A stretch of DNA of 64,000 nucleotides from Candidatus Harrisonbacteria bacterium (GCA_023255625.1 JAHFLF010000001.1:290965-354964), one strand, 5' to 3'. Positions 8,384 to 17,960 are shown, counted from the first letter of the stretch. Made by a program: numbers and translations. The notes: a model not told the origin generated them from the sequence alone.

Positions 8384-9197
8384 GCTGGCGAAATTTTCGC
8401 AAATATTCGGAGGAAAAAATAACATAGTTATCGGAGCTATTCATCTTCCTCCTCTCTTAGGTTACGCAGATTACCCAGGTATAAAAGTCGCACTTAAGAA
8501 TGCATTAGCTGACCTGCGGGCATTCGAAAAAGGCGGTGTTCATGGGATTATTTTTGAAAACAATTACGATATACCTCATAAAGAAAAAGTCAGCCCTGGC
8601 ACAATCGCTGGGCTGATGTATGTCGGATCGGTGCTTCGCAAAAAAACAAAATTACCGCTAGGAGTTAGCGTCTTATGGAATGATTACGAGTCGGCATTGG
8701 CCATAGCAAAAACTTTAGATCTCCAGTTTATCCGTATCCCGGTATTTATTGATACCGTGAAGACTAATATTGGTATTATTCAGGGTAAGCCGGAAAAAGT
8801 GATTGCCCTGAAACAAAAAATAGCGGCCGCGAAAATAATGCTTTTTACTGATATTCATGTTAAACATTCAAAGGTCATTTCAAAAATGAACCTGGAAGAA
8901 TCAGCGCAAGCGGCTATGAGCAATGGGTCGGACGCAATCATTGTCACAGGTGCTTGGACAGGGCAGAGTCCGGATATCGCAACATTAGAAAAATTAAGAA
9001 CTAGAATAAAAAAATTCCCGCTGCTTGTCGGCAGCGGATTTAGCGCTCAGAATGCACGCACACTGATGCGCCATGCCACTGGGGCGATAGTCAGTACTGC
9101 TCTTAAAAATGGGCATTCAAAAGCTAATGAACAAAATGTCAAAAGTTATAATCAAAGAATATCATTGGAAAAGGTCAAACAGCTCTTTACTTTATAG
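8373..9197 (+). CDS. BtpA/SgcQ family TIM-barrel protein
   Basis: GAIHLPPLLG, ENNYDIP, DIHVKH, DAIIVTG..TG, VGSG. Confidence 0.9.
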   Translation: MKDKLAKFSQIFGGKNNIVIGAIHLPPLLGYADYPGIKVALKNALADLRAFEKGGVHGIIFENNYDIPHKEKVSPGTIAGLMYVGSVLRKKTKLPLGVSVLWNDYESALAIAKTLDLQFIRIPVFIDTVKTNIGIIQGKPEKVIALKQKIAAAKIMLFTDIHVKHSKVISKMNLEESAQAAMSNGSDAIIVTGAWTGQSPDIATLEKLRTRIKKFPLLVGSGFSAQNARTLMRHATGAIVSTALKNGHSKANEQNVKSYNQRISLEKVKQLFTL

Positions 9198-9223
9198 CAG
9201 TCATATGCTATAGTTTTTTTGTT

Positions 9224-9298
9224 ATGAAATTCCAGCCGACCCACAATTTATTTAGTAGTTATTACTACGCCGCATATATAACCACCCGGGTGCGGTAA
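9224..9298 (+). CDS. Tyr-rich leader peptide MKFQPTHNLFSSYYYAAYITTRVR
   Basis: Hand translation; TAT TAC TAC run; extended -10 TGCTATAGT upstream. Confidence 0.7.
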   Translation: MKFQPTHNLFSSYYYAAYITTRVR

Positions 9299-9326
9299 TC
9301 TTTCGTTCTATCCAATAAGTTCTACC

Positions 9327-9355
9327 AACCGCCCCCGAGCGGTTTTTTTGTTTTT
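9327..9355 (+). terminator. Attenuator terminator
   Basis: aaccgc-ccccga-gcggtt plus T tract; gggtgcggt in leader can pair with its 5' arm. Confidence 0.8.
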
Positions 9356-9499
9356 CGCACCAGCGAAAAACAACCCTGCGTAGCTTGTAGAGCGAAGCAC
9401 GGGTCAGCATTTTCTCGGGGAAAATTGTCCGCACAAGCGTCTTGAATGAAACCCTCATTCACTTGCGCGGACTGGCTCTTTGAGAAAGGAATAGCGAGT

Positions 9500-9706
9500 A
9501 TGCCGCCGTACATGGGGAGTATCGATGGGTCGACTAACGGCGAGCTGCCAAGGCGTTGCTCGCACTGGCCGACTTCTGAGGGTCGTGTCCCGTGCAACAA
9601 CTGCAACGCCTCGATCGGTTGCGGGCAGCCGCACTTCAAATGGCAGTGCGCGGAGTGCAAGCAATGGTTCTGCGTCAGGCCCGACCAATTTGGTCGGGAC
9701 GGGTAG
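9500..9706 (+). CDS. Small Cys-rich putative zinc-binding protein
   Basis: CNNC, CAEC; GAAAGGA SD. Confidence 0.6.
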   Translation: MPPYMGSIDGSTNGELPRRCSHWPTSEGRVPCNNCNASIGCGQPHFKWQCAECKQWFCVRPDQFGRDG

Positions 9707-9784
9707 TGCGCAAGCCGGCGCGAGCTTCAGGGAGCGTTCGCTCCCGCTCGCGCCGGCCAGAGTTCTTTCCGAGAAGGAGATGCG

Positions 9785-10273
9785 ATGTCGAAAGAGACGC
9801 TGACTCACCAGTTGTTCGCGTTGCAGTGCGGCATGGTCTTGAGGGACTACGACAACCCGATCGAGGACTCCAAGCGGCAGGAGATCAACGTCTCCGATGC
9901 CATCGCTCCGGAAGACCTCGGGTGCGGGATCTTCTTCGAGTTCCCCGGGATGACAGACGAACACGCCCCGAAGGCACTCCGCGGCCAGCAGTTCCTGGCG
10001 GTGGCAGTGCTCGAAAAAGACCGCGTGTTTGTGTCGACGGTCATCGATCCCGACACTCATCGCGAGAAGGGACTCAAGCTCGCAGCCCTGATGTTCGGCC
10101 GGTTCACTCGTCCGTCGGCCGCAAGGCTGGCGAACCCGGACAGCATCTGGCAGTGGGCGGCTCGATCCTCTCGGGCCAGCCTCGACGGCTACGAGAGCGC
10201 CGAGGTGATCGCTCGCGAGACGCCGTGCCACTGCGGGCGCATGCATGCCCCGGCGAACTGCTGGGCGACCTAG
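9785..10273 (+). CDS. Hypothetical protein
   Basis: AAGGAG SD; C-terminal CHC..H...C. Confidence 0.65.
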   Translation: MSKETLTHQLFALQCGMVLRDYDNPIEDSKRQEINVSDAIAPEDLGCGIFFEFPGMTDEHAPKALRGQQFLAVAVLEKDRVFVSTVIDPDTHREKGLKLAALMFGRFTRPSAARLANPDSIWQWAARSSRASLDGYESAEVIARETPCHCGRMHAPANCWAT

Positions 10274-10276
10274 CAG

Positions 10277-10843
10277 ATGCACGACACCCTCGGCATCATC
10301 GCTGGCATCCTGACGCTCGCTGGGTTTATCCCGGCGGGCGTCGGGGCAGTACGCGGACCAGTTCGCCCAAGCAGAGCGACTTGGCTCATTTGGGCGGTGG
10401 AGGCCATCTTGATCTACAAGACCTTCGCCGCCGCAACTCCAGACTCAAGCGCTCTCTGGATCCCGCTTGGATTTACCGTTGGAGCCGCAGGGATGTTTCT
10501 CCTGTCTGTTCCGTTCGGTGAAGGCGGGTGGAGCACGCTCGACAAGTGGTGTCTGGCAGGCGCAGGTGCCACGATCATCTTCTGGCACCTCGTTGGACCT
10601 GTCGCTGGACTGCTCGCCGGTATCGCCACCGACATGATCGGAGCGGTGCCGACGGCGGTCAAGACATGGAGAGATCCGAAGAGCGAGAGTCGTGCGCAGT
10701 GGTTGCTTTGGTGGCTCGGTGCCATCTTCAACCTCTGTGCGATCAAGAACTGGCAATCCGTGGAGGCGGCGTATCCGCTTTACGGATTTGTTCTGACAAC
10801 CACGATGGCCGGCGTGATTGCCGGCAGAAGGAATGGTGTCTGA
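10277..10843 (+). CDS. Multi-TM protein with PQ-loop-like duplicated repeat
   Basis: PSRATWLIW and PTAVKTWRDPKSE; paralog of 46542-47126. Confidence 0.8.
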   Translation: MHDTLGIIAGILTLAGFIPAGVGAVRGPVRPSRATWLIWAVEAILIYKTFAAATPDSSALWIPLGFTVGAAGMFLLSVPFGEGGWSTLDKWCLAGAGATIIFWHLVGPVAGLLAGIATDMIGAVPTAVKTWRDPKSESRAQWLLWWLGAIFNLCAIKNWQSVEAAYPLYGFVLTTTMAGVIAGRRNGV

Positions 10844-11238
10844 TGCCGCCGTATCTGAGAGAGCTTCCGACGTGGTATGGAGATCCGCCGCCGCGTTGTC
10901 AGCACCCCCACCAAAAGCCATCACGTTCGCGTTGCTCATCGTGTGGCTATCCGGGCATCGAGTTCGTCTGTTCGAAGTGCGAAGAGAAGGTCAAATTCGT
11001 ACCAGACGAGCGACGCAAAGAACGCAAGAGTCCTCCAAAGGGCAAATGCGTCTATGAGCACAAAAGCGCCTGTCGCCATGACGGGAAGCTCTATCCGGAT
11101 CGGTGCTTCCATTGCGAGTGCGTGACGATGAAGTACAAGTGCACCACATCTAAAACCTTCATCGAGTCCTCTCGTGGTTCGCCCAACGTCGAGAGGGAAC
11201 CGGGGAAAGGCGAGTTTTCGGGAGCTGAGAGTTATTAG
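10843..11238 (+). CDS. Cys-rich putative zinc-finger protein
   Basis: CSSC, CSKC, CFHC; TGATG coupling. Confidence 0.6.
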   Translation: MPPYLRELPTWYGDPPPRCQHPHQKPSRSRCSSCGYPGIEFVCSKCEEKVKFVPDERRKERKSPPKGKCVYEHKSACRHDGKLYPDRCFHCECVTMKYKCTTSKTFIESSRGSPNVEREPGKGEFSGAESY

Positions 11239-11266
11239 CCGGAGGTGTAAGACTCCGGCAAGCAAC

Positions 11267-11314
11267 GCGGCGGCATCGACCCACAAGGTTGATGACCGCC
11301 GCGCTTCATTTTTC
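11267..11314 (+). terminator. Intrinsic terminator
   Basis: gcggcgg...ccgccgc plus T tract. Confidence 0.7.
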
Positions 11315-11337
11315 AATATTAAAAAACAACAATTTTG

Positions 11338-11409
11338 TGGGCGGTGCAGGGAATGATCCTGCGGCCTACTGCGTGTAAAGCAGTCGCTCTACCACTGAGC
11401 TAACCGCCC
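11338..11409 (-). tRNA. tRNA-Val(UAC), atypical T loop ATCATTC
   Basis: Cloverleaf by eye; anticodon loop TTTACAC. Confidence 0.85.
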
Positions 11410-11432
11410 ACTTAGTGTGCAAAAGCACACTG

Positions 11433-11503
11433 TGCGCCTAGGAGGAGTCGGACCTCCGACCAGAATGTATAAGATTCTTGTTTTACCGTTAAACTATGGG
11501 CGC
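11433..11503 (-). tRNA. tRNA-Ile(UAU)
   Basis: AGAAT-CT TAT AC-ATTCT anticodon arm; cloverleaf. Confidence 0.85.
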
Positions 11504-11583
11504 CCATATAGACTAGCGGATTGAGGAAGTTTATTCAATGAGAACTGGGCGAGATCCCTCGGCTTCGGGATGACAGAAAAAAA

Positions 11584-13422
11584 CTAAATGGCGAGCGGCT
11601 TAAGGTCAAACTCCTTGATCAGCTCATTAAACTCCTCCTGTTCAATCGTTTCCTTCTCAAGCAAGCGCTTGGCAATTGCATCCAGAATTTTCTTGTGCGT
11701 TATTAGCATCTTCTTGGCCAGATCCTCGGCGCTGTGGAGGAACGCGGAGACCTCGCTGTCTATTTTTGCGCTCATTGCTTCAGATGAACGCTGTTCGTGA
11801 TGAAAATCACGACCCATGAACACCGCCTCCTCGCCATTGGCAAACACAACCGGGCCTATGACATCGCTCATGCCGTACTTGGTAACCATTCGCCGCGCAA
11901 GTTTGCTGGCCTCCTGCAAATCACTGCTCGCTCCGGTTGAAACATCTTTAATCACAATTTGTTCGCTGGCATAACCACCCATCATGGTCGCCATCTCGGC
12001 CATGAACTGTTTCTTGGTTTTCAGCCGATTCTCTTCAGTCGGGAGCTTCATGGTGTACCCACCGGCACGACCACGGCTGATAATTGAGATTTTATGAACT
12101 GGATCAGCGTCTTGTAGACTGGCCGCTACTAGCGCATGACCGGCCTCGTGATAAGCGGTAACATTTTTCTCACGATCGCTAATAATTCTACCCTTGCGCT
12201 CCGGGCCAAGAACCACTTTTTCAATAGACATAAACAAGTTGTCCTGGCTGATTGTTTTTTTCTCCTCACGCGCCGCCAAAATCGCGGCTTCATTTAAGAC
12301 ATTCTCAAGATCAGCGCCGGAAAATCCAGGAGTGCGAACTGCAACTGGACGCAAATTAACACCCTCGGCCAGCGGTTTATTTTTCGCGTGAATCTTTAAG
12401 ATCTCCTCGCGATCAGCAATATCCGGCAGATCAAGCACCACCTGGCGATCAAACCTGCCTGGGCGCAGCAATGCGGAGTCAAGCACATCCGGACGGTTAG
12501 TCGCAGCCAGCACAATCACCTGATTTTCCCGCTCAAAACCGTCCATCTCAACCAGAATCTGGTTCAGAGTCTGCTCTCGTTCATCGTGGCCGCCGCCCAT
12601 ACCGGCGCCACGCTGCCTGCCAACCGCGTCAATTTCGTCAATAAACAAGATTGAAGGCGAATGTTTCTTTGCCGTCGTAAATGCATCGCGAATACGGCTG
12701 GCACCAACACCAACAAACATCTCCACAAATTCAGAAGCCGAGATATAAAAGAAGGGGACGCCACTTTCGCCGGCCACTGCCCGCGCGAGCAGAGTTTTAC
12801 CGCTACCCGGACTGCCCATGAGCAAGACACCACGCGGAATCTTTGCGCCCATGTCTAAAAACTTTTTTGGATTTTTCAAAAAATCAACAATCTCAATTAA
12901 TTCCTGCTTAGCTTCTTTTAATCCGGCAACATCAGTAAAGCTGACTTTTTCTTTTCCGCCCGGCGCAGAAAGTTTTAAATTGGCCTTACCAAAACCTAAA
13001 ACTTGATTTTGGCCGCCTTTAGCCCCGCGCATCATAAACCAGAAAAATCCGAGCAAAACTAAAAGAGGCAAAAGAGATTGAGCGAGCACGCCGATCCAAA
13101 ACTGCACGCCGGACTCTTCTTTAACCTCAAGGGCGACCTGGCGAAGAGCCGATTGATCAACCCCGTAATTCTTCAAAGTTTCCGAAAATCCGGATTCAAA
13201 CTCTTTTTTGGCGGTTGCCTTCGTACCGTCTTTGAGGGTAATCGCTAAGTCGTTGCCGGAAACTTCTATCCTGGTTACTGCCCCGGCATTGATTTTATCA
13301 ACCAGCTCATTGACCGTCAGCGCAGCGGGCTTGGGCTCTCCGCCCATGAAAAATGAAAAAACTAAAGCAACCATGAGCAGAATCGTGGCGACTGCGGTAA
13401 TATTTTTGGAAAATGATTTCAT
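11584..13422 (-). CDS. ftsH: ATP-dependent zinc metalloprotease FtsH
   Basis: [29 protein letters not shown]. Confidence 0.98.
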   Translation of the reverse strand: MKSFSKNITAVATILLMVALVFSFFMGGEPKPAALTVNELVDKINAGAVTRIEVSGNDLAITLKDGTKATAKKEFESGFSETLKNYGVDQSALRQVALEVKEESGVQFWIGVLAQSLLPLLVLLGFFWFMMRGAKGGQNQVLGFGKANLKLSAPGGKEKVSFTDVAGLKEAKQELIEIVDFLKNPKKFLDMGAKIPRGVLLMGSPGSGKTLLARAVAGESGVPFFYISASEFVEMFVGVGASRIRDAFTTAKKHSPSILFIDEIDAVGRQRGAGMGGGHDEREQTLNQILVEMDGFERENQVIVLAATNRPDVLDSALLRPGRFDRQVVLDLPDIADREEILKIHAKNKPLAEGVNLRPVAVRTPGFSGADLENVLNEAAILAAREEKKTISQDNLFMSIEKVVLGPERKGRIISDREKNVTAYHEAGHALVAASLQDADPVHKISIISRGRAGGYTMKLPTEENRLKTKKQFMAEMATMMGGYASEQIVIKDVSTGASSDLQEASKLARRMVTKYGMSDVIGPVVFANGEEAVFMGRDFHHEQRSSEAMSAKIDSEVSAFLHSAEDLAKKMLITHKKILDAIAKRLLEKETIEQEEFNELIKEFDLKPLAI

Positions 13423-13572
13423 AGAGTAATCGCTAATGAACGAATAACTAATAATGCGAATGAAATACGAAACGAAGTACGGACATATTAGCGCAGTGCC
13501 AGCCAGAAATCAAATGAGTCAATCCTCACGATTGACTCATTTGATAGACCATCCATATAAAGAATAGCCGGA

Positions 13573-14748
13573 TTATTTTTTCGGCAGCTGCTTGCTCAAT
13601 TTAATCACCAAAAAAAACTCGTTATAGGCCAATTTGATAGCATTCACCTCGGCTGTAACATAAAACTGAACTGTCTTGGTTGGCTGCTTACCGAGCACGG
13701 CTTCAAGAACGCTGGCTCCAGACGGAATTCCTGCTGTGCTGGTTGGCTGACTCTGGTCGTCTGTCGGATCAGCCGGTTTGAGTAAATTCAGACTATCGAC
13801 AAAAAGAGTTCCGGCGATGGTCTCGTCTCTAAAAATTGGATCAAGAAAGACTAGCTGCCCTTGAACTCGATAAACATCGTGAGCCGAATACTTGAGCGGT
13901 TTGCCATCGCTGGTGATTAGGAGATAATACAAACCGTTTTGCGTTTTAAAAACTGGCAGGCATTTAGTGGCAGCGCTGGCAAAAACTTGCGGAATACAAG
14001 TAAAGTCGCCGTCAACTCCGCCGGTCAGAGTTACGGATTTCATAAAAGATACCTCTGGCGCATTTAACAAATCGCGCAGCAACTCCTGGTTATCAACGAA
14101 AAGTTCGTATGCACTGTTGTAGGCGATTCTGGCCCTCTCTACTTGTTTGCGAGCCACTTCAAGGTGCGGCAACAGAATGTTTGCCTGCACACCATTGCTA
14201 CCTTGCAGATAGCTGACATCAGAACCAACTTTTTCCAAACGGTGCAGCGCAGTAGCAAAAATCTCCTGACCTTGAGCAAGCAGCAGCGCGTCAAAAACCT
14301 GATGCATGGTCGGATCATAGATGTTTTCGCGTAATTGCTTAAAAGAACCGGCAATCTGTTGTAACTGCTCCTCGCCAATAGATGGCCTGGCTAATTGCGC
14401 ACTAACTAAGTCTGCGTAATGTTCAAAGCCGCGCACCCATAATAGAAGTGCATTGATACTAGAAATAAATTGAGGATCGCCGCTCTCAAGAAGCGTGAGT
14501 TTACTGACTGCGTCTTTGGCCTCGGCACTGGTCAGATTGACAATACTCACGGCTGCGGCCAGCCGATCTTTAAATTCAGCCGGAGAAAACACAGAGCCCT
14601 GATCGGCTCGCTCAATACTCTGCTTCGCCGCCTCGCGCGCCTGCTGCACAGCCGGAGATGCGGCAAAAGCCGTCTGAAAAGATAAAAGAGCCGCCAGGAT
14701 AGTGGCAGCAATAATGGCGGCTTGCCGAATAAATCCAGGGGCTTTCAT
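13573..14748 (-). CDS. Secreted hypothetical protein
   Basis: Signal peptide; follows ECF sigma cluster. Confidence 0.8.
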   Translation of the reverse strand: MKAPGFIRQAAIIAATILAALLSFQTAFAASPAVQQAREAAKQSIERADQGSVFSPAEFKDRLAAAVSIVNLTSAEAKDAVSKLTLLESGDPQFISSINALLLWVRGFEHYADLVSAQLARPSIGEEQLQQIAGSFKQLRENIYDPTMHQVFDALLLAQGQEIFATALHRLEKVGSDVSYLQGSNGVQANILLPHLEVARKQVERARIAYNSAYELFVDNQELLRDLLNAPEVSFMKSVTLTGGVDGDFTCIPQVFASAATKCLPVFKTQNGLYYLLITSDGKPLKYSAHDVYRVQGQLVFLDPIFRDETIAGTLFVDSLNLLKPADPTDDQSQPTSTAGIPSGASVLEAVLGKQPTKTVQFYVTAEVNAIKLAYNEFFLVIKLSKQLPKK

Positions 14749-14753
14749 AAAAA

Positions 14754-15164
14754 TTATGGCTCTTTAGAAAGTTTGTCGAGCGCACTGACCACTTGTTCGG
14801 ACGACTCGGCAAAATTATCTACCTCCTTAATCTGCACCGAGCTAACCAGTTTCGAGGCCTCCTGTAACAGCGCAACCGTATCGGCATCTTTGCTAGCCGG
14901 CGAAATTGTAGCAACCGTGGCGACTCCTGACTGCTGGCCCAAGTAGGATATACCGCCTAAAACAACTAGCAGCATTAGACTGGCCAAAGCAAGAGCGCTG
15001 CCGACTGTAATTGATTCCAGAAAACGAGTACGGAAAGTATTGAAATTGATTGGCTGTTGCTGCTCTGTGAGTAAAATTTTTGCCATTGAACTGGACACAA
15101 AATCAGCCCGCGGTGTAAGCGTTTTATATCGGGAAAAATAAGTTGTGAGTTTCTGGTCAATCAT
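14754..15164 (-). CDS. Single-TM protein, possible anti-sigma factor
   Basis: TPRADF motif, TM helix, directly after ECF sigma; start uncertain. Confidence 0.6.
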   Translation of the reverse strand: MIDQKLTTYFSRYKTLTPRADFVSSSMAKILLTEQQQPINFNTFRTRFLESITVGSALALASLMLLVVLGGISYLGQQSGVATVATISPASKDADTVALLQEASKLVSSVQIKEVDNFAESSEQVVSALDKLSKEP

Positions 15165-15247
15165 GGCAGTATTCACTAACACGCGAATGAGGACTAATAT
15201 GCTAATAGATTCATTCGCGTATTCGGTTTTTATTAGCGTGTTGGCGA

Positions 15248-15790
15248 TTACTGTAAAATTTCTTGCAATTTTTTCAGTGCTCGGAACTGGATGATACGAA
15301 CTGTGCCCTCTCGCTTTCCCACAATCCCGGCAATCTCGGCGGGGGATAAATCGGCGACAAATCGTAACTGAATTATTTCCTGCTGCTCATCGGTTAATTG
15401 TGCAAGCGCTCCGCGGACAGCTTCGAGGTCAAAATTCAGATCAATCGCCTCCTCAACCGGTGCGCCGAGATCGGCCAACTGATCGAATCCACCCTCCTCG
15501 TCGTCGATACTGGCAGCCACCTTCTTGGTTCTGTAGTAATCGATAACTCGGTTCCTGGCTATCTTATAGAGCCAGCTTCCGAAAGGAAAACCCTGCTCTT
15601 TGAATCCTGGTAGTTTCTGCCAAGCCGATAGGAAGACCTCGTGCATCAGATCTTCGGATTCTTGCCGCGTGGAAACTTTAACGGCTATAAAGCGATAAAT
15701 AGCAGGTGCATAGTGTCCATATAAGACACCAAATGCTTCGCCATCACCCTCTTTAGCACGGGCAATATAAGTTTGTTCAGCTTCTAACAT
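15248..15790 (-). CDS. ECF RNA polymerase sigma factor
   Basis: EAFGVLY..Y, WLYKIARNRVIDYYR, region 4 HTH. Confidence 0.95.
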   Translation of the reverse strand: MLEAEQTYIARAKEGDGEAFGVLYGHYAPAIYRFIAVKVSTRQESEDLMHEVFLSAWQKLPGFKEQGFPFGSWLYKIARNRVIDYYRTKKVAASIDDEEGGFDQLADLGAPVEEAIDLNFDLEAVRGALAQLTDEQQEIIQLRFVADLSPAEIAGIVGKREGTVRIIQFRALKKLQEILQ

Positions 15791-15870
15791 ATAGAACGAA
15801 TAAGGAGTGCATCAGTTACTCTTATATAATACCTTATTCGAGGGTAGTTTTGAACGGGAACTTGTTTGCG

Positions 15871-16018
15871 GGCAGCAGTTTTTTAATTTTTGCCGGGCTC
15901 ACCCTGCGGGATGGAAAAAACTAAAAAACTGCTGCCTGGGCACGGGACGCACGGATTTCATTTTTAAAGCCGGGCCCACCGCGAGCGGATGGCTTTAAAA
16001 ATGAAATCCGTGCGTCCC
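15871..16018. repeat. Two tandem long hairpins of a conserved-loop repeat family
   Basis: Loop related to gccattcgcttgcgatgggcccggc also at 18923 and 42451. Confidence 0.75.
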
Positions 16019-16225
16019 ACTAGACAAGTGTTTGACACGATGCTACTATTGCATCATAGTTGCATTAGCAAATGCTCCGAAAGTCTACGCTCCAGTGTCA
16101 TTGCGAGGTATAGGACTGTGGCTCGCACACCAGTGCATTGGTCACACCCGTATGCCCTTGCGGTGCTCCGTGGCAATCCAGAAATTCTCCTTTACTTTAA
16201 AACTTGATAAACTTTATAACTCATT

Positions 16226-16981
16226 ATGACAACCCTAGGATACATTCTCGTCTTTACCTTTCTCGGCAGCATTGTTTCGCTGATTGGCGGCATTCTACTG
16301 CTCTTCAAAAAGAATATTGCCCTGAAACTATCTGACTACCTCGCTGCCTTTGCCGCCGGCACATTGTTGGGTACCGCCTTTTTTGATCTCTTGCCGGAAG
16401 CGCTGGAAACAGATGCGGGGCCAACCACCGTTCTAACCTGGACGCTTATCGGTATTTTAACCTTCTTCTTGTTAGAACGATTCGTGCATTGGTTTCATCA
16501 CCACCACGAACACGCCGACGAACAGCCGGGCACAAAACCAACTGCTGCTTTAATTATTTTAGGCGATAGTGTTCACAATTTTATTGATGGCGTTGCGATT
16601 GCAGTTACATTTTTAATTAATCCGTCGCTCGGCATCATCACGACGCTGGCAGTAGGCGCACACGAAATACCACAAGAGATAGGTGACTTTGGTATTCTGC
16701 TCAAAGCCGGCTACTCGCGCAAAAAAGTGCTCTGGTACAATGTACTTTCCGCGTGTACGGCATTTCTCGGAGCAATTTTAACCTACCTAATTGGGCCGAG
16801 TATCGCCGAGTATTTACCGGTGCTCCTCGCCGTTACCGCCGGCTTCTTTATCTATATTGCGTTATCTGATCTGGTGCCGGAAATCCACGCCTGGGGCAAG
16901 AAAAAACTGGCAGTTACAGAAAGTTTTCTGCTCATCTTCGGCGTTGCCGCAGTCGGAGTGTTGGTGCATTTGTTGGAGTAA
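16226..16981 (+). CDS. ZIP family metal transporter
   Basis: HHHHEH loop, HNFIDG, HEIPQEIGDF. Confidence 0.95.
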   Translation: MTTLGYILVFTFLGSIVSLIGGILLLFKKNIALKLSDYLAAFAAGTLLGTAFFDLLPEALETDAGPTTVLTWTLIGILTFFLLERFVHWFHHHHEHADEQPGTKPTAALIILGDSVHNFIDGVAIAVTFLINPSLGIITTLAVGAHEIPQEIGDFGILLKAGYSRKKVLWYNVLSACTAFLGAILTYLIGPSIAEYLPVLLAVTAGFFIYIALSDLVPEIHAWGKKKLAVTESFLLIFGVAAVGVLVHLLE

Positions 16982-16983
16982 TT

Positions 16984-17100
16984 CTTATTCTCCCTTTGTA
17001 AAAGGGAGGGGACCGCAGTAGCGGTGAGGGATTTAGTTCCGCCCCCTAGTTTAAATCCCTCCCGGCTACTGCCGTACTCCCTTTAGGAAAGGGAGAATAA
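16984..17100. repeat. Inverted pair of REP-like family A (tctcccttt..aaagggag)
   Basis: Further copies near 17909, 21126, 35216, 36303, 36395. Confidence 0.85.
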
Positions 17101-17185
17101 ATGTTTCAGGGCCGGTTTGCTTTCGCAAACCGGCCCTGATGCGTGCGGATCTGCCTTGCCTTGCCGTAGCTTTAGCGAAGGCAGG

Positions 17186-17262
17186 TTCCCGCGTGGCTCA
17201 CAACTACGCATGTGACGCGTCACCACTTTTGGCCTCTAGGCCCCGCGCAAGTGACGCGCGTT
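17186..17262 (-). ncRNA. Structured 3'UTR motif, copy 1
   Basis: Aligns with 62809-62883 with compensatory changes. Confidence 0.65.
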
Positions 17263-17275
17263 GAAAACGCATCTG

Positions 17276-17665
17276 CTACTGAAAACCGTCCAGCTCGAAA
17301 CGGACAGGCTCCACGGTGGTGCGCAGCCCAAGCGCCTTCTCGACCGTCGTTCTCTCAGCATCCTCGAGAAAGAGGCGCCCGTGCTTCAACTGCCTGCACT
17401 CGGAAGTGTCAGATCTCCTGTAGGCCACCACTGAGTACCATCCCTGACTCCGAACCTCCACCGTGAAAGGGGCGAAGGACGGAGAAACCCAGAAACATGT
17501 GAATGGGGAGTCGAGACCCGACACTGAGTCGGGAATGATCACCCACTCGTCTTTCCCGTTGGGAGCGACAAAGGGATTGAGCTGCTCCAGGGCGGCCCTG
17601 ACCGCCTCCATCTGCTTCTGATCCAATCCCTCGAACCTCAGCCTCTTCCCGATCATCACTGACAT
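17276..17665 (-). CDS. Hypothetical GC-rich protein
   Basis: AAAGGAGG SD; divergent from TrmB-like gene. Confidence 0.7.
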   Translation of the reverse strand: MSVMIGKRLRFEGLDQKQMEAVRAALEQLNPFVAPNGKDEWVIIPDSVSGLDSPFTCFWVSPSFAPFTVEVRSQGWYSVVAYRRSDTSECRQLKHGRLFLEDAERTTVEKALGLRTTVEPVRFELDGFQ

Positions 17666-17960
17666 GCGTCCTCCTTTGCCAGTGCGGTCAACCATTGACC
17701 CCGCCTGACAAGAGTAAGCATGCGCTCAACTTGACATATTTGCAACATTATTTTATACTATATTTATACAGATATTGACTTTATATAATAAAAACATCAT
17801 AATAACGACATCAAAATAAATGACACTTCTTCGCTCTAGTGAGCTACGAAGTGCAAGCAGTTTCCGCTATGGTGAGCTACGGACTGCAGGCACTTTATTA
17901 AAATAACCAAATCCCTCCCGGCTACTGCCGTACTCCCTTTAGGAAAGGGAGAATAATAAT

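Noticed and set aside
9455-10521. Long alternative-frame ORFs (275 and 309 aa)
   Set aside because: Arg/Ala-rich shadows overlapping better-supported ORFs
11280-11292. Shared CCACAAGG terminator loop among cargo units (1260, 11280, 48250)
   Set aside because: Too short, with too few copies to separate from chance
16040-16200. Metal riboswitch upstream of the ZIP transporter
   Set aside because: Structure is explained by a gtcattgcgag...gtggcaatc REP-like repeat; no recognisable aptamer
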